NCBI RefSeq assembly: GCF_963921235.1
Contig: NC_086108.1
Coordinates: forward strand, 65,846,001-65,910,000
Length of the DNA: 64,000 nt
Reading direction: 5' to 3'
Source: Mobula hypostoma
Lineage: Eukaryota
Positions within the stretch are counted from its first letter, which is position 1, and every line of letters begins with the position of its first letter. This document shows, piece after piece, positions 1 to 12,466 of the stretch. Made by a program: the position numbers and the translations under genes. Under the pieces are notes generated by a model. The model worked only from the letters and a program-made list of their open reading frames with translations, searched no databases and was not told the origin of the DNA.

Positions 1-800
1 CCAGAATAGCCTGCTCTCTAGTCGGTTCCTCGACATGTTGGTTCAAAAAACCATCCCGCATACATTCCAAGAAATCCTCTTCCTCAGCACCTTTACCAAT
101 TTGGTTCACCCAGTCTACATGTAGATTGAAGTCACCCATTATAACTGCTGTTCCTTTATTGCACACATTTCTAATTTCCTGTTTAATACCATCTCCGACC
201 TCACTGCTACTGTTAGGTGGCCTGTACACAACTCCCACCAGCGTCTTCTGCCCCTTAGTGTTACGCAGCTCTACCCATATCGATTCCACATCTTCCCGGC
301 TTATGTCCTTCCTTTCTATTGCGTTAATCTCTTTTTTAACCAGCAACGCCACCCCACCTCCCCTTCCTTCATGTCTATCCCTCCTGAATATTGAATATCC
401 CTGAACGTTGAGCTCCCATCCCTGGTCACCCTGGAGCCATGTCTCTGTGATCCCAACTATATCATAATCATTAATAACAATCTGCACTTTCAATTCATCC
501 ACCTTATTACGAATGCTCCTTGCATTGACACATAAAGCCTTCAGGCGCTCTTTTACAACTCTCTTAGTTTCTTCCACAGTGAAGACTGACACAAAATCGC
601 TTTGTCTCTCATTACTACCTCTTCAACATCATTTTCCAGCAGTCCAATATCCACTCTCCTCTTCTTTACTCTATGTATCTGAAAAAGATTTTGGTATCCT
701 CTCTTTATATTATTGTCTAGCTCAACTTCATATTTCATCTCATCTCTCCTTACAGCTTCTTTTTAAAGTTGGTTTCTGTTGGCTTTTAAAACCTTCCAAA
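1..800 (-). mobile_element. CR1 LINE fragments (endonuclease and linker region), truncated by the window edge
   Basis: Minus-strand translation resembles CR1 ORF2 endonuclease; similar to other CR1 copies in the window. Confidence 0.75.
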
Positions 801-1514
801 TCCTCTAACCCAAAATTACAATGGCAAAGTAAGTTGGGGGTCTGTTGCACAGACTTAATGCACTTAGAACGAAACTCACAGATGGGTATTTGCACCCAAG
901 CTCCTTACACACACACTGAACACAGAATCCTAACCAATTGTTTCTCATCTTTTCTGTTATATGCAGATCAGAACTGTCCAAAGTACTACACAAGACCAAA
1001 TGACAGTAGATTAACATCCACAATGGAAATCTACACTTTGCAATTCTCCCTTAGAAATGAAACAAAACTTGTTTTAAAAAGATTTCCTCGTAACCTACTT
1101 CATCAGTTCTAACGCACCAAGTATAAAGCTTTGGAAAACTGTGATCCTGATCTCTCACCTCATTTACTGTAGTATTAAACAACATGTGGCCTCTTCATTT
1201 CTTCTAATAAACTACAGGATATACATTTATTTCTCTTATTAAAATAATTTCTCTAGGCCTAGTGAAGGAAGAGCAGAGGTTTGAGGGAATGGACATACAT
1301 GGACCCAGTGTGGAGAGGAATGCCTCTGGCAAAGCAGAGCGATGCAGGTCTGAAGTGGAGAGCGGGAATCTGGGACAGTAAGAACAACAACACAAGGAAT
1401 TTGCAGTGAAAGGTTTCAGGTAAAGCAGGTAAATGGCCGGTGTGAATATAGGCTAGTTTTAAATTAACATTTTGGTTAGCATATACTTTTTTTTCCCCAA
1501 GAACTAGAAAAAAA

Positions 1515-2935
1515 AGAGTCCATTTAGCTCAACTCCTCCGTTGCGATGAGTGGGAACCTTTCCGTACTAATCCCATCTCCCAGCACTCGGTCCATAGTCC
1601 TCTGTGCCAAAGCAATCAAAGTGTTCAATTCGACCATTAAATGCCTTGATGACCCAACTCCAATCACTTTCTCAGGAGAGTACTCCAGGTAACCTCTCAC
1701 TTTCTGGGTGCAGCAGGTTCCCCCTCATATCCCCTTAAAATGTCTTCCCCATTTCCTAAACCTATCTAATACCCCGGTTCATATTTTTACTGTTGTGCTG
1801 TATGTATTTAATTTTGGCAGTTCTGTAAGAGCAGTCTGTTCTGTTTTCATGCTTGTTTGGGTTACTCAAGATAAGAGATGTGGAGAATTGTGTGCCATCC
1901 AATTAGGATGGTCGATTAAGGGGAAGTTTCTCTGGTGAGGGACACTAAGGTTGGGCTTGGGGCTTTTGTTCGAAAGGAGATGAAGAGAGAAGATGCTGGG
2001 GAGAACCGGTTGTATCATATGAACAAGTGGGAGACCAGTTTGCTCATGATGGATTGCGAGCGACGGTCGGAAGGTGGTGTGTGCTTTCACATTGACCGAG
2101 GGCCCAAGTGTGTAAGTGACAGAGAAGTTCCAGATGAGCTCCAACTTGAGCACATTTGACTGTTTAATTAGAATGAGCCATTTTCTTTTCATTATTCTTT
2201 ACTAACCCTTTAGTTAAGATTCTTAAACATAATTCCTTTAATTGCATGCACTGTGCTGTCTGTTATTTCGTGGCATTAATTTGTAACAGGGCAGCAAATT
2301 ACACAGCATCCACACAAACCAGCGTTTGGGGTGGGATCGAGCGCGCCTCAGTCTCATGGGTTTGGCAGGACCAGAGGTCATCTTCCCTAGACTTACGCAG
2401 CCAGGTCATCTTCCCTAGACTTAGGCAGCCAAGGAAATCAGGGTGTTTCACCTGTATCCTCCAGTTTTATCACCCTCCAATATGGTAAAGTTTCCTGCTT
2501 ACTCAATCTTATAAATAGTACCTCAATCATATCCTCGGTTAACCTTGTCCATTCCAGGGAGAACAGATCTAGCTCTTCCAGTCTCTCCTCATACCAGAAC
2601 TGCTCCACTCCAAGCCACGTTCTGGTCAATTTTCTCTGCACCCTCCCCAGTGCCATCACCTATTTTCCATACCTTGGCGATCAGAACTACACCGTATTCC
2701 CCAGCTGATGTCTGATCAAGGTTTTATAAACTCCCAGCATAACCACCCTACTTCTGTATTTGATGACCATATAATGAAGGCCAATATCATATTTATCTTT
2801 CTAATCACATTATCTGCCTGCATTGCCACCTTTAGGAATCTACGGATTTATACTTCAAAAAAAAACTTTGTTCCTCAATATTCCCAAGATCACATCCTTC
2901 ATTGTATATGTATTAGCCTCATTAGTGTTCCCATC
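1515..2935 (-). mobile_element. Old CR1 3' fragment, split by a solo LTR
   Basis: RVQRKLTR...YEERLEELDLFSLE motif; the sequence resumes across the LTR. Confidence 0.7.
1765..2450. mobile_element. Probable solo LTR of about 686 bp
   Basis: Degenerate inverted termini tctaatacccc...gggtgtttca; near 4-bp TSD ccta/cctg; interrupts a CR1; internal tandem duplication at about 2376-2431. Confidence 0.6.
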
Positions 2936-2974
2936 ATTGTTAACTCTTCAAATAAGGAGACACATCTTTCTCCC

Positions 2975-3300
2975 TTATTAAGCAGAGAGAGAAGCTGTGG
3001 TATGTCAAATGCTGGGTGAACAATGTAGTCTTTGGGGTAGCTGTTGTTTTGCTCATGGTTGAGTGCTTGGTGGTGAGCGCCGATGCTTTTTTTGCCGGTG
3101 GGGGGGGGGGGATTGTTGCTTGCTGCTACTTATGCACAGGAGGGAGGGGAGCTGAGAAGGGACTTCGGAGTTCTAACATTTGACTGTCATTCATTCTTTG
3201 TGGCACTCCTCTGTTTTCATGGTTGGTTGCGAATAAAATGCATTTCAGGATGTACATTGTATACATTTCTCTGACATTAAATTGCACCTTTGAAACTCTT
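2975..3300 (+). mobile_element. SINE-like or LINE-tail repeat
   Basis: GT-rich body ending in a tgtatacatttctctgacattaaa tail similar to the Rex/L2-type tails elsewhere in the window. Confidence 0.45.
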
Positions 3301-3582
3301 TGAAGTCAATTAAGTTGGTGAGAAAGGATCTGCCCTTGACAAGGCCATGCTGTCCATCTCAGATTGGTCTATGCCTTTCCAAATGAATCATTAATTCTCT
3401 CCCTGAATTTTTTCAGTTCTCCCCTCCTCCCCCAATATTAGGCTCACGGGGTTCATCTTGTTGCCATTTTGAAAAGGGGGACAATACTTACTGTCCTCTA
3501 GTCATTTGTAACCTTAAGTCCAGCGGAGCTTTAGAAATCTCAGGTTGAGCTCCTGCAATCCTTTCTTTACAGCTTTTAAATA

Positions 3583-3608
3583 AAGAAGAAGAAGAAGAAG
3601 AAGAAGAA
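3583..3608 (+). repeat. (GAA)n microsatellite abutting a CR1 3' tail
   Basis: About 8 GAA units, seen directly. Confidence 0.9.
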
Positions 3609-6600
3609 ACATGGAAACAGAAACATAGAAAATAGGTGCAGGAGTAAGCCATTCGGCCCTTCAAACCTGCACCGCCATTCAGTATGATCATGGCTGATCA
3701 TCCAACTCTACCTCTACCCTGTACCTGCCTTCTCTCCATATCCCCTGATCCCTTTAACCACAAGGGCCATATCTAACTCCCTCTTAAATATAGCCAATGA
3801 ACTGGCCTCAACTGTTTCCTGAGGCAGAGAATTCCACAGATTCACCACTCTCTGTGTGATGAAGTTTTTCCTCATCTCGGTCCTAAAAGGCTTCTCCTTT
3901 ATCCTCAAACTGTGACCCCTCGTTCTGGATTTCCCCAACATCAGGAATAATCTTCCTGCATCTAGCCTGTCCAATCCCTTTAGGATTTTATATGTTTCAC
4001 AAGATCACAAGACAAAGGAGCAGAAGTAGGCCATTCAGCCCAGAGTCTGCTCCGCAGCTCCCCCATGAGCTAAACTATTCACCCATCTAGTTCCAATTTC
4101 CGGCTTTTTCCCCATATCCCTCGATACCCTGACTAGTTAGATACCTGTCAATCTCCTCCTTAAACACCCTCAATGATCGGGCCTCCACAGCTGTACGTGG
4201 CAACGAATTCCACAAATCCATGACCCTCTGGCTAAAAAAATTTCTCCTCATCTCTGTTTTAACTGGGTACCCTCTAATTCTAAGACTATGGCCTCTTGTC
4301 CTGGACTCACCCACCAAGGGAAACAACCTTTCCACATTTGCTCTGTCCAACCCTTTCAACATTCGAAATGTTTCTATGAGATCCCCTCTCATTCTTCTAT
4401 ACTCCAATGAATACAATCCAAGAGCCGACAAATGCTCCTCATATGTTAGCCCCTGCATTCCAGGAATCATCCTCGTAAATCTTCTCTGAACTCTCTCCAA
4501 CATCAGTACATCCTTTCTAAGATAGGGGGCCCAAAACTGCACACAGTATTCCAAATGAGTCTCACTAATGCCCCATAGAGCCTCATCAACACCTCCTTAC
4601 TCTTATACACTATTCCTCTTGAAATGAATGCCAACATAGCATTCGCTTTCCTTACCGCTGATCCAACTTGGTGGGTAACCTTTAGGGTATCCTGCACGAG
4701 GACCTCCAAGTCCCTTTGTATTTCCGAGTTTTGAATTTTCTCCCCATCTAAATAATAATCTGCCCGATTATTTCTTCTTCCAAATTGTACAACCGTACAT
4801 TTGTCAACGTTGTATCTCATCTGCCATTTCTTTGCCCACTCTCCCAAACTGACTAAGTCTTTCTGCAACCTTTCCGTTTCTTCCACATTTCCTGCTCCTC
4901 CACCTATCTTGGTGTCATCCGCAAACTTAGCCACAAAACTATTTAATCCATAATCCAAATCATCGATATATATCGTAAAAAGAGGGGGCCCCAACACCGA
5001 CCCCTGCGGAACACCACTAGTAACCGGCAACCAATCAGAATAGGATCCCTTTATTCTCACCTTTTGCTTTCTGCCCATCAGCCAATGCTCCACCCATTTC
5101 AATATCTTTCCTATAATTCCATGGGCTCTCATCTTATTAAGCAGCCTCATATGCAGCACCTTATTGAAGGCCTTTTGAAAATCCAAATACACAACATCCA
5201 CAGCCTCTCCCGTCAATCTTATTCGAAATTACCTCAAAAAATTCCAATAGGTTGGTGAGACAGGATCTTCCCTTCATGAAACCATGCTGGCTTTGGCCTA
5301 TCTTGTCATGCACCTCGAGGTATTTCATAACCTCGTCCTTGAGGATTGACTCCAATATCTTTCCAACTACTGATGTCAGACTAATAGGTCTGTAATTTTC
5401 TTTCTGCTGCCTCCTTCCTGTCTTAAATAATGGAACTACATTTGCAACCTTCCAGTCCTTCGGAACCATGCCAGAGTCTATTGATTCCTGGAAGATCATT
5501 TCCAATGCTTCCACAATCTCCAAAGCCACCTCCTTCAGAACCCTTGGGTGCACCTCATCCGGACCGGGAGACTTATCTATTCTTAATCCATTTAGCTTCC
5601 CAAGCACTTTCTCTCTAGTAATCTTGACTGTACCTAGTTCTATTCCCTGATACCTCTGGCTATCAGGTATATTGCTCATGTCTTCCATTGTGAAGACTGA
5701 TGCAAAATACTCATTCAGTTCCTCTGCCATCTTTGTTATCCATTATAATTTCTCCAGCATCATTTTCAATCGGTCCCGTATCTACCCTTGTCACTCTTTT
5801 ACTCTTCATAGGTTTAAAAAAAACTCTCAGTATCCTTTTTTATGTTAATCGCCAACTTCCTTTCATAATTCATCTTTTCTTTCCTAATGACTTTCTTAGT
5901 TTCCTTCTGTAAGTTTTTAAAAGTCTTCCAGTCCTCATTTTTCCCACTAATTTTTGCTTCCTTGTACGCCGTTTCTTTTGCTTTTATTTTTGTCTTAACC
6001 TCTCTCGTTAGCCACATTTGTGCCATTTTTCCATTCATGATTTTCTTTTTTCTTGGAATATATTTTTCCTGCATTTTCCTTATTTCTTGTAGGTATTTCA
6101 TCCAATTCTGCTCTGCCGTCCCTCCATTTAGCTTACTTTTCCAATAGACTTGGGCCAGTTCCTCTCTCATACCACTGTAATTTCCCCTGTTCCACTGAAA
6201 TATCAATACACCTAATACCAGCTTCTCCTTTTCAAATTTGAAACTGAACTCAATCATATTATGATCACTACTTCCAAGGGATTCCTTTACCTCCAGCTCC
6301 CTAATCGCCTCAGGTTCGTTACACAGCACCCAATCCAAAACAGCCAGTCCCCTGGTGGGCTTCTGGACAAGCTGCTCCAAAAAGCCATCCTGTAGGCATT
6401 CTACAAACTCCCTCTCCTGAGATCCATTACCTTCCTGACTTTCCCAATCCACTTTCATATTAAAATCCCCCATAATTATCTTGACATTTTCCTTCTGACA
6501 CGCCTTTTCTATTTCCAGCTGCAACTTGTAGTCCACATCCCGGCTGCTGTTTGGAGGCCTGTATCAATAAGATCCCCCCCCCCAATCTTGTAAATTCCAA

Positions 6601-7138
6601 CGAGTATAAGCTTAGTTGATCCAGTCTTTCATCATATGAAAGTCCTGCCATCCCAGGGATCAATCTGGTGAACCTTCTTTGTACTCCCTCTACGGCAAGG
6701 ATGTCTTTCGTCAGATTAGGGGACTAAAACTGCACACAATACTCCAGGTGTGGTCTCACCAATGCCTTGTACAACTGCAGTAGTACCTCCCTGCTCCTGT
6801 ACTCAAATCCTCTTGCTATGAATGCCAGCATACCATTCACCGCCTGCTGTACCTGCATGCCCACTTTCAATGACTGGTGTATAATGACACCCAGGTCTCA
6901 TTGCACCTCCCCTTTTCCTAATCGGCCACCATTCAGATAATAATCTGTTTTCCTGTTTTTGCCACCAAAGTGGATAACCTCACATTTATCCACATTAAAT
7001 TGCATCTGCCATGAATTTGCCCACTCACCTAACCTATCCAAGTCACCCTGCATCCTCTTAGCATCCTCCTCACAGCTAACACTGCCGCCCAGCTTCATGT
7101 CATCCGCAAACTTGGAGATGCTGCATTTAATTCCCTCA
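3609..7138 (-). mobile_element. CR1 3' portion (3609-3998 and 6563-7138) with a second 5'-truncated CR1 of about 2.6 kb nested inside (3999-6562)
   Basis: RT motifs YRPISLTSV, YLDFQKAF, GVPQGSVLGP, KFADDTK and endonuclease motifs MGDFN, SDHN, with several frameshifts. Outer text 'atatgtttca|ataagatcccc' resumes after the inner copy. Confidence 0.92.
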
Positions 7139-7407
7139 AAGAAGAAGAAATAGACAATCTCAGATGCTAAAGGATATCTGTACTCTTTCCCATAGATACT
7201 ACCTGGCCTGCTGAGTTCCTCCAATTTTTTGTGTGTGTTGCCTGGATTCCCAGCATCTGCAGCTGTTCTCGTTTGTGACTGGATAAAAATCAACACTGGT
7301 TCAACACAGTGAAATATTTAAATAAATTCTGAATCAATATATCAATGTTTTGCTTAAAATTAACTTCCACCCTAAAAAACAGGTGATAATGGCTATCTAA
7401 ACACATA

Positions 7408-8990
7408 CAGTCGTACTGGAAAGTTTGTGAACCCTGTAGAATTTTCTGTTTCTTACAAAATATGATCTAAAATGTTATCAGACCTTTATGCAAGTCCTAA
7501 AACTAAATAAAGAGAGCCCGACTAAATAACAAAAAACATTATACATCCATTTATTTATTGAGAATTATTATCCAATATTGCATGTATTTGTTGGAAAAAG
7601 TATGCAAATTTTTGCTTTCAGTAACTGGTGTGACCTCTTTGTACAGCAATAACTTCAATCAAATGTTTCCAGTAACTGTTGATCAGTCCTGCACATTGAC
7701 TTGGAGGAATTTTAGGCCATTTCTCCTTATAAAACTGCTTCAACTTTAGGATGTTGGGTGGCTTCCTTGCATGAACTGCTTGCTTCAGGTCCTTCCACAT
7801 TTCTATAGGATTAAGGTCAGGACTTTGTCTTGGCCATTCCAAAACATGATTTTTTTTAAACTTTAAAAACCATTCTGTTGTTGATTTACTATTTTTCTTT
7901 CGGATCATTGTCTTGTTGCATTATCCAACTTCTATAAAGCTTCGAGTGACGGACTGCTACCCTGACATTCTCCTGTAAAATGTCTTGATACATTTTGAAT
8001 TAATTATTCCCTCGATTGCAAGCTGTCCAGGCCCTGAGGCAACAAAGCAGCCCCAAACCAGGATGCTCCTTCTATCTTCACCCTGAGATGAGGCTTTGGT
8101 GTTGGTGTGCAGTGCCCTCCTTCCTCTAAACATAGCAATATGCCTTTCTGCCAAAAAGTTCAATTTTTGTCTCATCTGTCCACAGAACATTGTTCCAGAA
8201 GCATTGTAGAACATCCAGGTGGTTTTTTGCAAACTTGGGACATGTAGCAATGCTTTTTTGGAGAGCAGTAGTTTCCTCCTTAGTGTCCTTCCATGAACAG
8301 CATTCTTGTTCAGCATTTTTCTTATAGTTGACACCTGAATAGAGACTTTAGCAAGTTCTAAAGATTGATGCAGATCTTTTACTATTACCACTGGGTTCCT
8401 TTTCACCTGCTTCATCATTGCACATTGTGCTCTTAGTGTGATCTTTGCAGGATACTCTAAGGAGAGTAGCAACAGTACTGACTTTCCTCCATTTGTAAGA
8501 AAAATTGTCTACTGTGTTATGATGAACATTCAGGTCTTTAGAAATGCATTTGTAACCTTTTCCAGCTTCATACATCTCCACAACTCTTCTTCTACAGTCC
8601 TTTGAAAGTTGTTTTGATCGAGGCATGGTGCATGTAAACAATTTTTTCTTGAGAAGAGCAGGCTCCGTTAGTAACTTGATTATCTTATTTTTATTGGGCA
8701 GGGCACCTCCACAACCCGCACCTCCAATCTCATCTCATTGATTGGAACACCTGACTCCAAATAGCTTTTGCAGAAGGCATTGCCCCAGAGATTCATACTT
8801 TTTTCAACAAACACATGGAATGTTGGATTTTTTTTCAATAAATAAATGAACAAGTACAATGTGTTACTTATTTAATTGGGTTCTCTTTATCTAGTCTTAG
8901 GACTTACATAAAGATCTGATTACATTATAGTTATATTTATGCAGAAATAGACAAAATTCTAAATGGTTCACAAATTTTCTAGCACCACTG
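7408..8990 (-). mobile_element. Full-length, decayed Tc1-family DNA transposon with long TIRs and TA TSD
   Basis: TA|CAGTCGTACTGGAAAGTTTGTGAACC...GGTTCACAAATTTTCTAGCACCACTG|TA. Frameshifted transposase pieces: MPRSKQLSKDCRRRVV..GKGYK, VWGCF, WPRQSPDLNPIE. Confidence 0.93.
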
Positions 8991-10076
8991 TATAAAGTGC
9001 TTACTTCCTAGTACCCAAGTTCTACTGCAATTATTTGAAACGTAGCCAAAGCAGACAATGAATTTGTTCAGAGTTGGGTCTTACACAGCAAAACTCTTTC
9101 TCGGGGTATTTAGTTAAGGACTGAATTAATAAAGGCATTGGAAGAACGTCCCTTGCTTTAAGCAACGTAAACAAAAATCTAATTACATCTACTGAACATT
9201 GAAAAAGGTCCAATTCTGAAGAATTCTGAAAGCAATCAATTTTAAAACCTCAGGATATAAAGGGTACCATTGACAATTGAACACATTTAATTAGTGTATT
9301 TACTGTAGACCGGAGATCCAATGTGTGTGTACATCGATTCCATTGATAATAATCTGAGACAATTTAAGACATTAAAATACTGGTAGAGGTGTAAAAGTTG
9401 GTTTGGTTTTAAAAGTATCATTGGATTTTTTCATGTTTAAATATTCTATAGAGTAGGCATGTCCTATGCATTAACATCAATTCTGACAGTGGAACATTCC
9501 CTCAACGCCTATGTTGTTTGCTCAGGTCTGTAGCAGGAAACTCAGCTGTATGCCTGGAGGTTAAAGCTGCTATCACCGAGTCATAGCTTTGAACTCCCTC
9601 AGTTTGCAGTATGGGTGATATACTCAATTCACAGGTGATATGCATGGAAACCTTTTGTCTTGCTTTCCCCACCTCTCTATTGTGCTGGGGTTGGGCCCAT
9701 CCATACTCATCAAAAAGATCAGAAATTTCACTTGGATTTCCATGTCAATCAGCTGGAAGTAACTGGAAATTTAACTTTATTTGCCCAAAATATTTCTACA
9801 TCCAACAAATTCACACAGTCCCCAATCATATCAAATTTCCAGCAATGCTGGAAGCAATGGGATCTTGCTAACTTAGAGGCTTCTTACCATTCAACCATTC
9901 AGTTGCATTGAGCTCTGAGCAGAACTAGAGTATCACATGTTGAGGCTGCCTGGTTATACAAAGGCCAGGAATTCGCCACCCAATGGCAAAAAAGCAATAT
10001 CATTAATGAGCAGGTAGTTGGAAGATGAGCTGCACTGCAATTGATAACCATTCTGCCTATCTGACCACCCTTCTAT

Positions 10077-11053
10077 TAGATAGATAGATAGATAGATATA
10101 CTTTATTGATCCCAAGGGAAACTGGGTTTCGTTACAGCCGTACCAACCAAGAATAGAGCATAAATATAGCAATACAAAAGCCACAAACAATCAAACAACA
10201 AAATGCAAACTATGCCTGATGGAAAATAAGTCCAGGACCAGCCTATTGGCTCAGGGTGTCTGACCCTCCACAGGAGGAGCTGCAAGTTCGATGGCCACAG
10301 GCAGGAACGACCTCCCGTGCCACCCAGTGTTGTATCTTGATGGAATATGGCCGAAGACCAACAAAAAGTTCAATATCCGGTCTACAAACATGTTCCTCGA
10401 TCGTAATATGACCTGGATTGCACCATCTGTTGTTAACCAGAACAGTAAGCACCCAACTCCTTTACGCTTACTGCTCTCAGTGCACTTCCGGTCAGCCTGG
10501 ACGGTCTGGAAGCCGTCCATGGAGAAGTTTTGATCGGGTATGTCCTTGTGCAGCCCCGTTCCAGTGAAACACATAACACTGCACTCCCGAAATATTCTCT
10601 GACGCCTGGCTAGCGCCGTGAACTCGTCCATTTTATTACCCACCGAACTCCTCTTCTCCATAAGTCTCTGTTGTCTTGGCCCAGTCCTCTTTCCTCGACT
10701 CTGTGATCCCCCTCTGCATCCTCTGTGTGTTTTCCTCCAGATTTCAACAGGGGTGTCCACCGCTCTACTCGCTAAACCGGCTGGCATAAGCTCAATCAGC
10801 TGGTCCCTGGAATACACAATGCTACCATGCTTCCGTCCCGCTAATAGACGTGTTGGAATGTAACTACTTCCAGCACTAAAAACCCAAATAAAACTCTCTC
10901 TACCAGCATGTTAGAGAGGGTGCAGCTTTGCCGTGTTACTGTGCAAAAAAAAATACAAAAAATAACGCAAGTTAAAAAGTAAGAAGAAAAAAAAGTAAGA
11001 ATACTGGTCGGAACGGCTGTAACAGGCCGCATGCATGATCGGCACATGCGCAC
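10077..11053 (-). mobile_element. Internally deleted (bipartite) Rex1/Babar LINE derivative with a (TATC)n tail
   Basis: 5' UTR and N-terminal endonuclease segment (RGCRGG, NKMDE, ECSVMCF, LRPY) fused near 10344 to the ORF C-terminus (SFLPVAI), followed by the 3' tail gggatcaataaag and a microsatellite. Confidence 0.8.
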
Positions 11054-11426
11054 TATGAAACAATGTTGTTCTCCTAACATCTGCTTTAAGAAATTCACTT
11101 CCGTCAGTGGCTAAACTGTTTTGTATTATGAATTAATTTTGAAATTATGAGTAATCACCTTTGGTTTAATTCTGTTTGCTGAGCATGAATTGCTGAAATC
11201 AAATCGAATAACACACGAAGTGCTGGAGGAATTCAACATGTCAAGCAGCATCTTCAGGACTTCATCAAACACTTTTCTGTTAAAATAGTAGCTTCAGCTA
11301 AACTGAATAGATCACTAAAAGGCATCTTTTGAACTAGTCAACAATCAGTACACAATTCAACTACAAAAATGTACTGAATGTCAATAAATTCAAAATAGAC
11401 AAACTATGTGGAAATTGTGCTAGTGT

Positions 11427-11432
11427 TTTATT
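11427..11432 (-). promoter_or_regulatory. Probable STIL polyadenylation signal (AATAAA), implying a 3' UTR of about 1.05 kb
   Basis: AATAAA on the minus strand followed about 25 nt later by a GU/U-rich tract (tagtttgtctattttgaattt), at the end of a repeat-free AT-rich stretch. Confidence 0.65.
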
Positions 11433-12466
11433 TATAAACTGTTCACAAAAGTCCAGTGATTGAATAATCAAACAAAAAAACTGTGCAAAAGCCAAAGATT
11501 AAATGGCATTAATGGCAAGATGACAAAAAACAATATCACATTTCAAAAGGAAACACTGGTAAACATTCGTAAAGAAAAAAGACAATATACTCAATTCATG
11601 TAAACTTAATCTTCAAGACTTCAGCAAAAAGAACACAACTCAAAAGCAGATATTTCTTAGGAGATTGGACAGCTGAAACAAGCACAATTTCCTCATTGCA
11701 CCAATATCATTTTTATAAGCTTGCTACAATTTTTATACTTACCCTGCCCCATGCTCAAAGCAAACTTTCATCCCTCCTAACTGATGAAATCCTTTCCCTT
11801 GCTGAACATTGCTTAAATATTAGAATGCACTTTTAGACTTCACACTATGTTGGAATTTCCAGATTATGAGTGTTTCAAAATTAATCATTAAAGCACTCAT
11901 CGAATGAAATGAACAACTGAAGTAAAAATTTACCAGCCTTCATTAAATTTTGGAAGCATTCAGCTCAAAAAGATAAATCTTTGTATGTTTCTAATAGATG
12001 GAAAGATGATAAATATAAATGTGAACATAGGTGGGCTATTAGCATTGTGTGATTAATAGCATAGACCAAGCAGGTGAACTTGATTCTAAACATGAGCTAC
12101 CAGCATTTTGACTGCTGTAGCTGATGACTTGAAGGGCAAAGCCAGTACTAAGGTAAACATTTTTGTCTCTACAGTTATCTTATAATTGTAATTTCAAGAC
12201 AGTCATATCACACTTTCTGCCAATGAGGAAAATTGCAAAATTCAGTATAAAACTTTATACAACTGGTACAGAATTCATTAAGAACTGATGATCTGCTGCA
12301 GCCTTGAACCAAATGATGATAATTTAAATTGATTGACATGGTAATACTTTACATTATTCAAGTTGAACTGATGTAAAAAAATGGCACTGTGTACCAAATA
12401 GCTGTACTGTATATACTTTCGATATTACCAATGCTTCTAGATCAAGGTCATGAATCATCCTGATTG

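Noticed and set aside
513..1112. 199-aa plus-strand ORF
   Set aside because: It runs antisense through CR1 fragments into AT-rich sequence, with no recognisable domain or exon structure.
3999..6562. Potentially active CR1
   Set aside because: 5'-truncated and split across at least four reading frames.
7408..8990. Potentially active or domesticated Tc1 transposase
   Set aside because: Multiple frameshifts and diverged TIRs.
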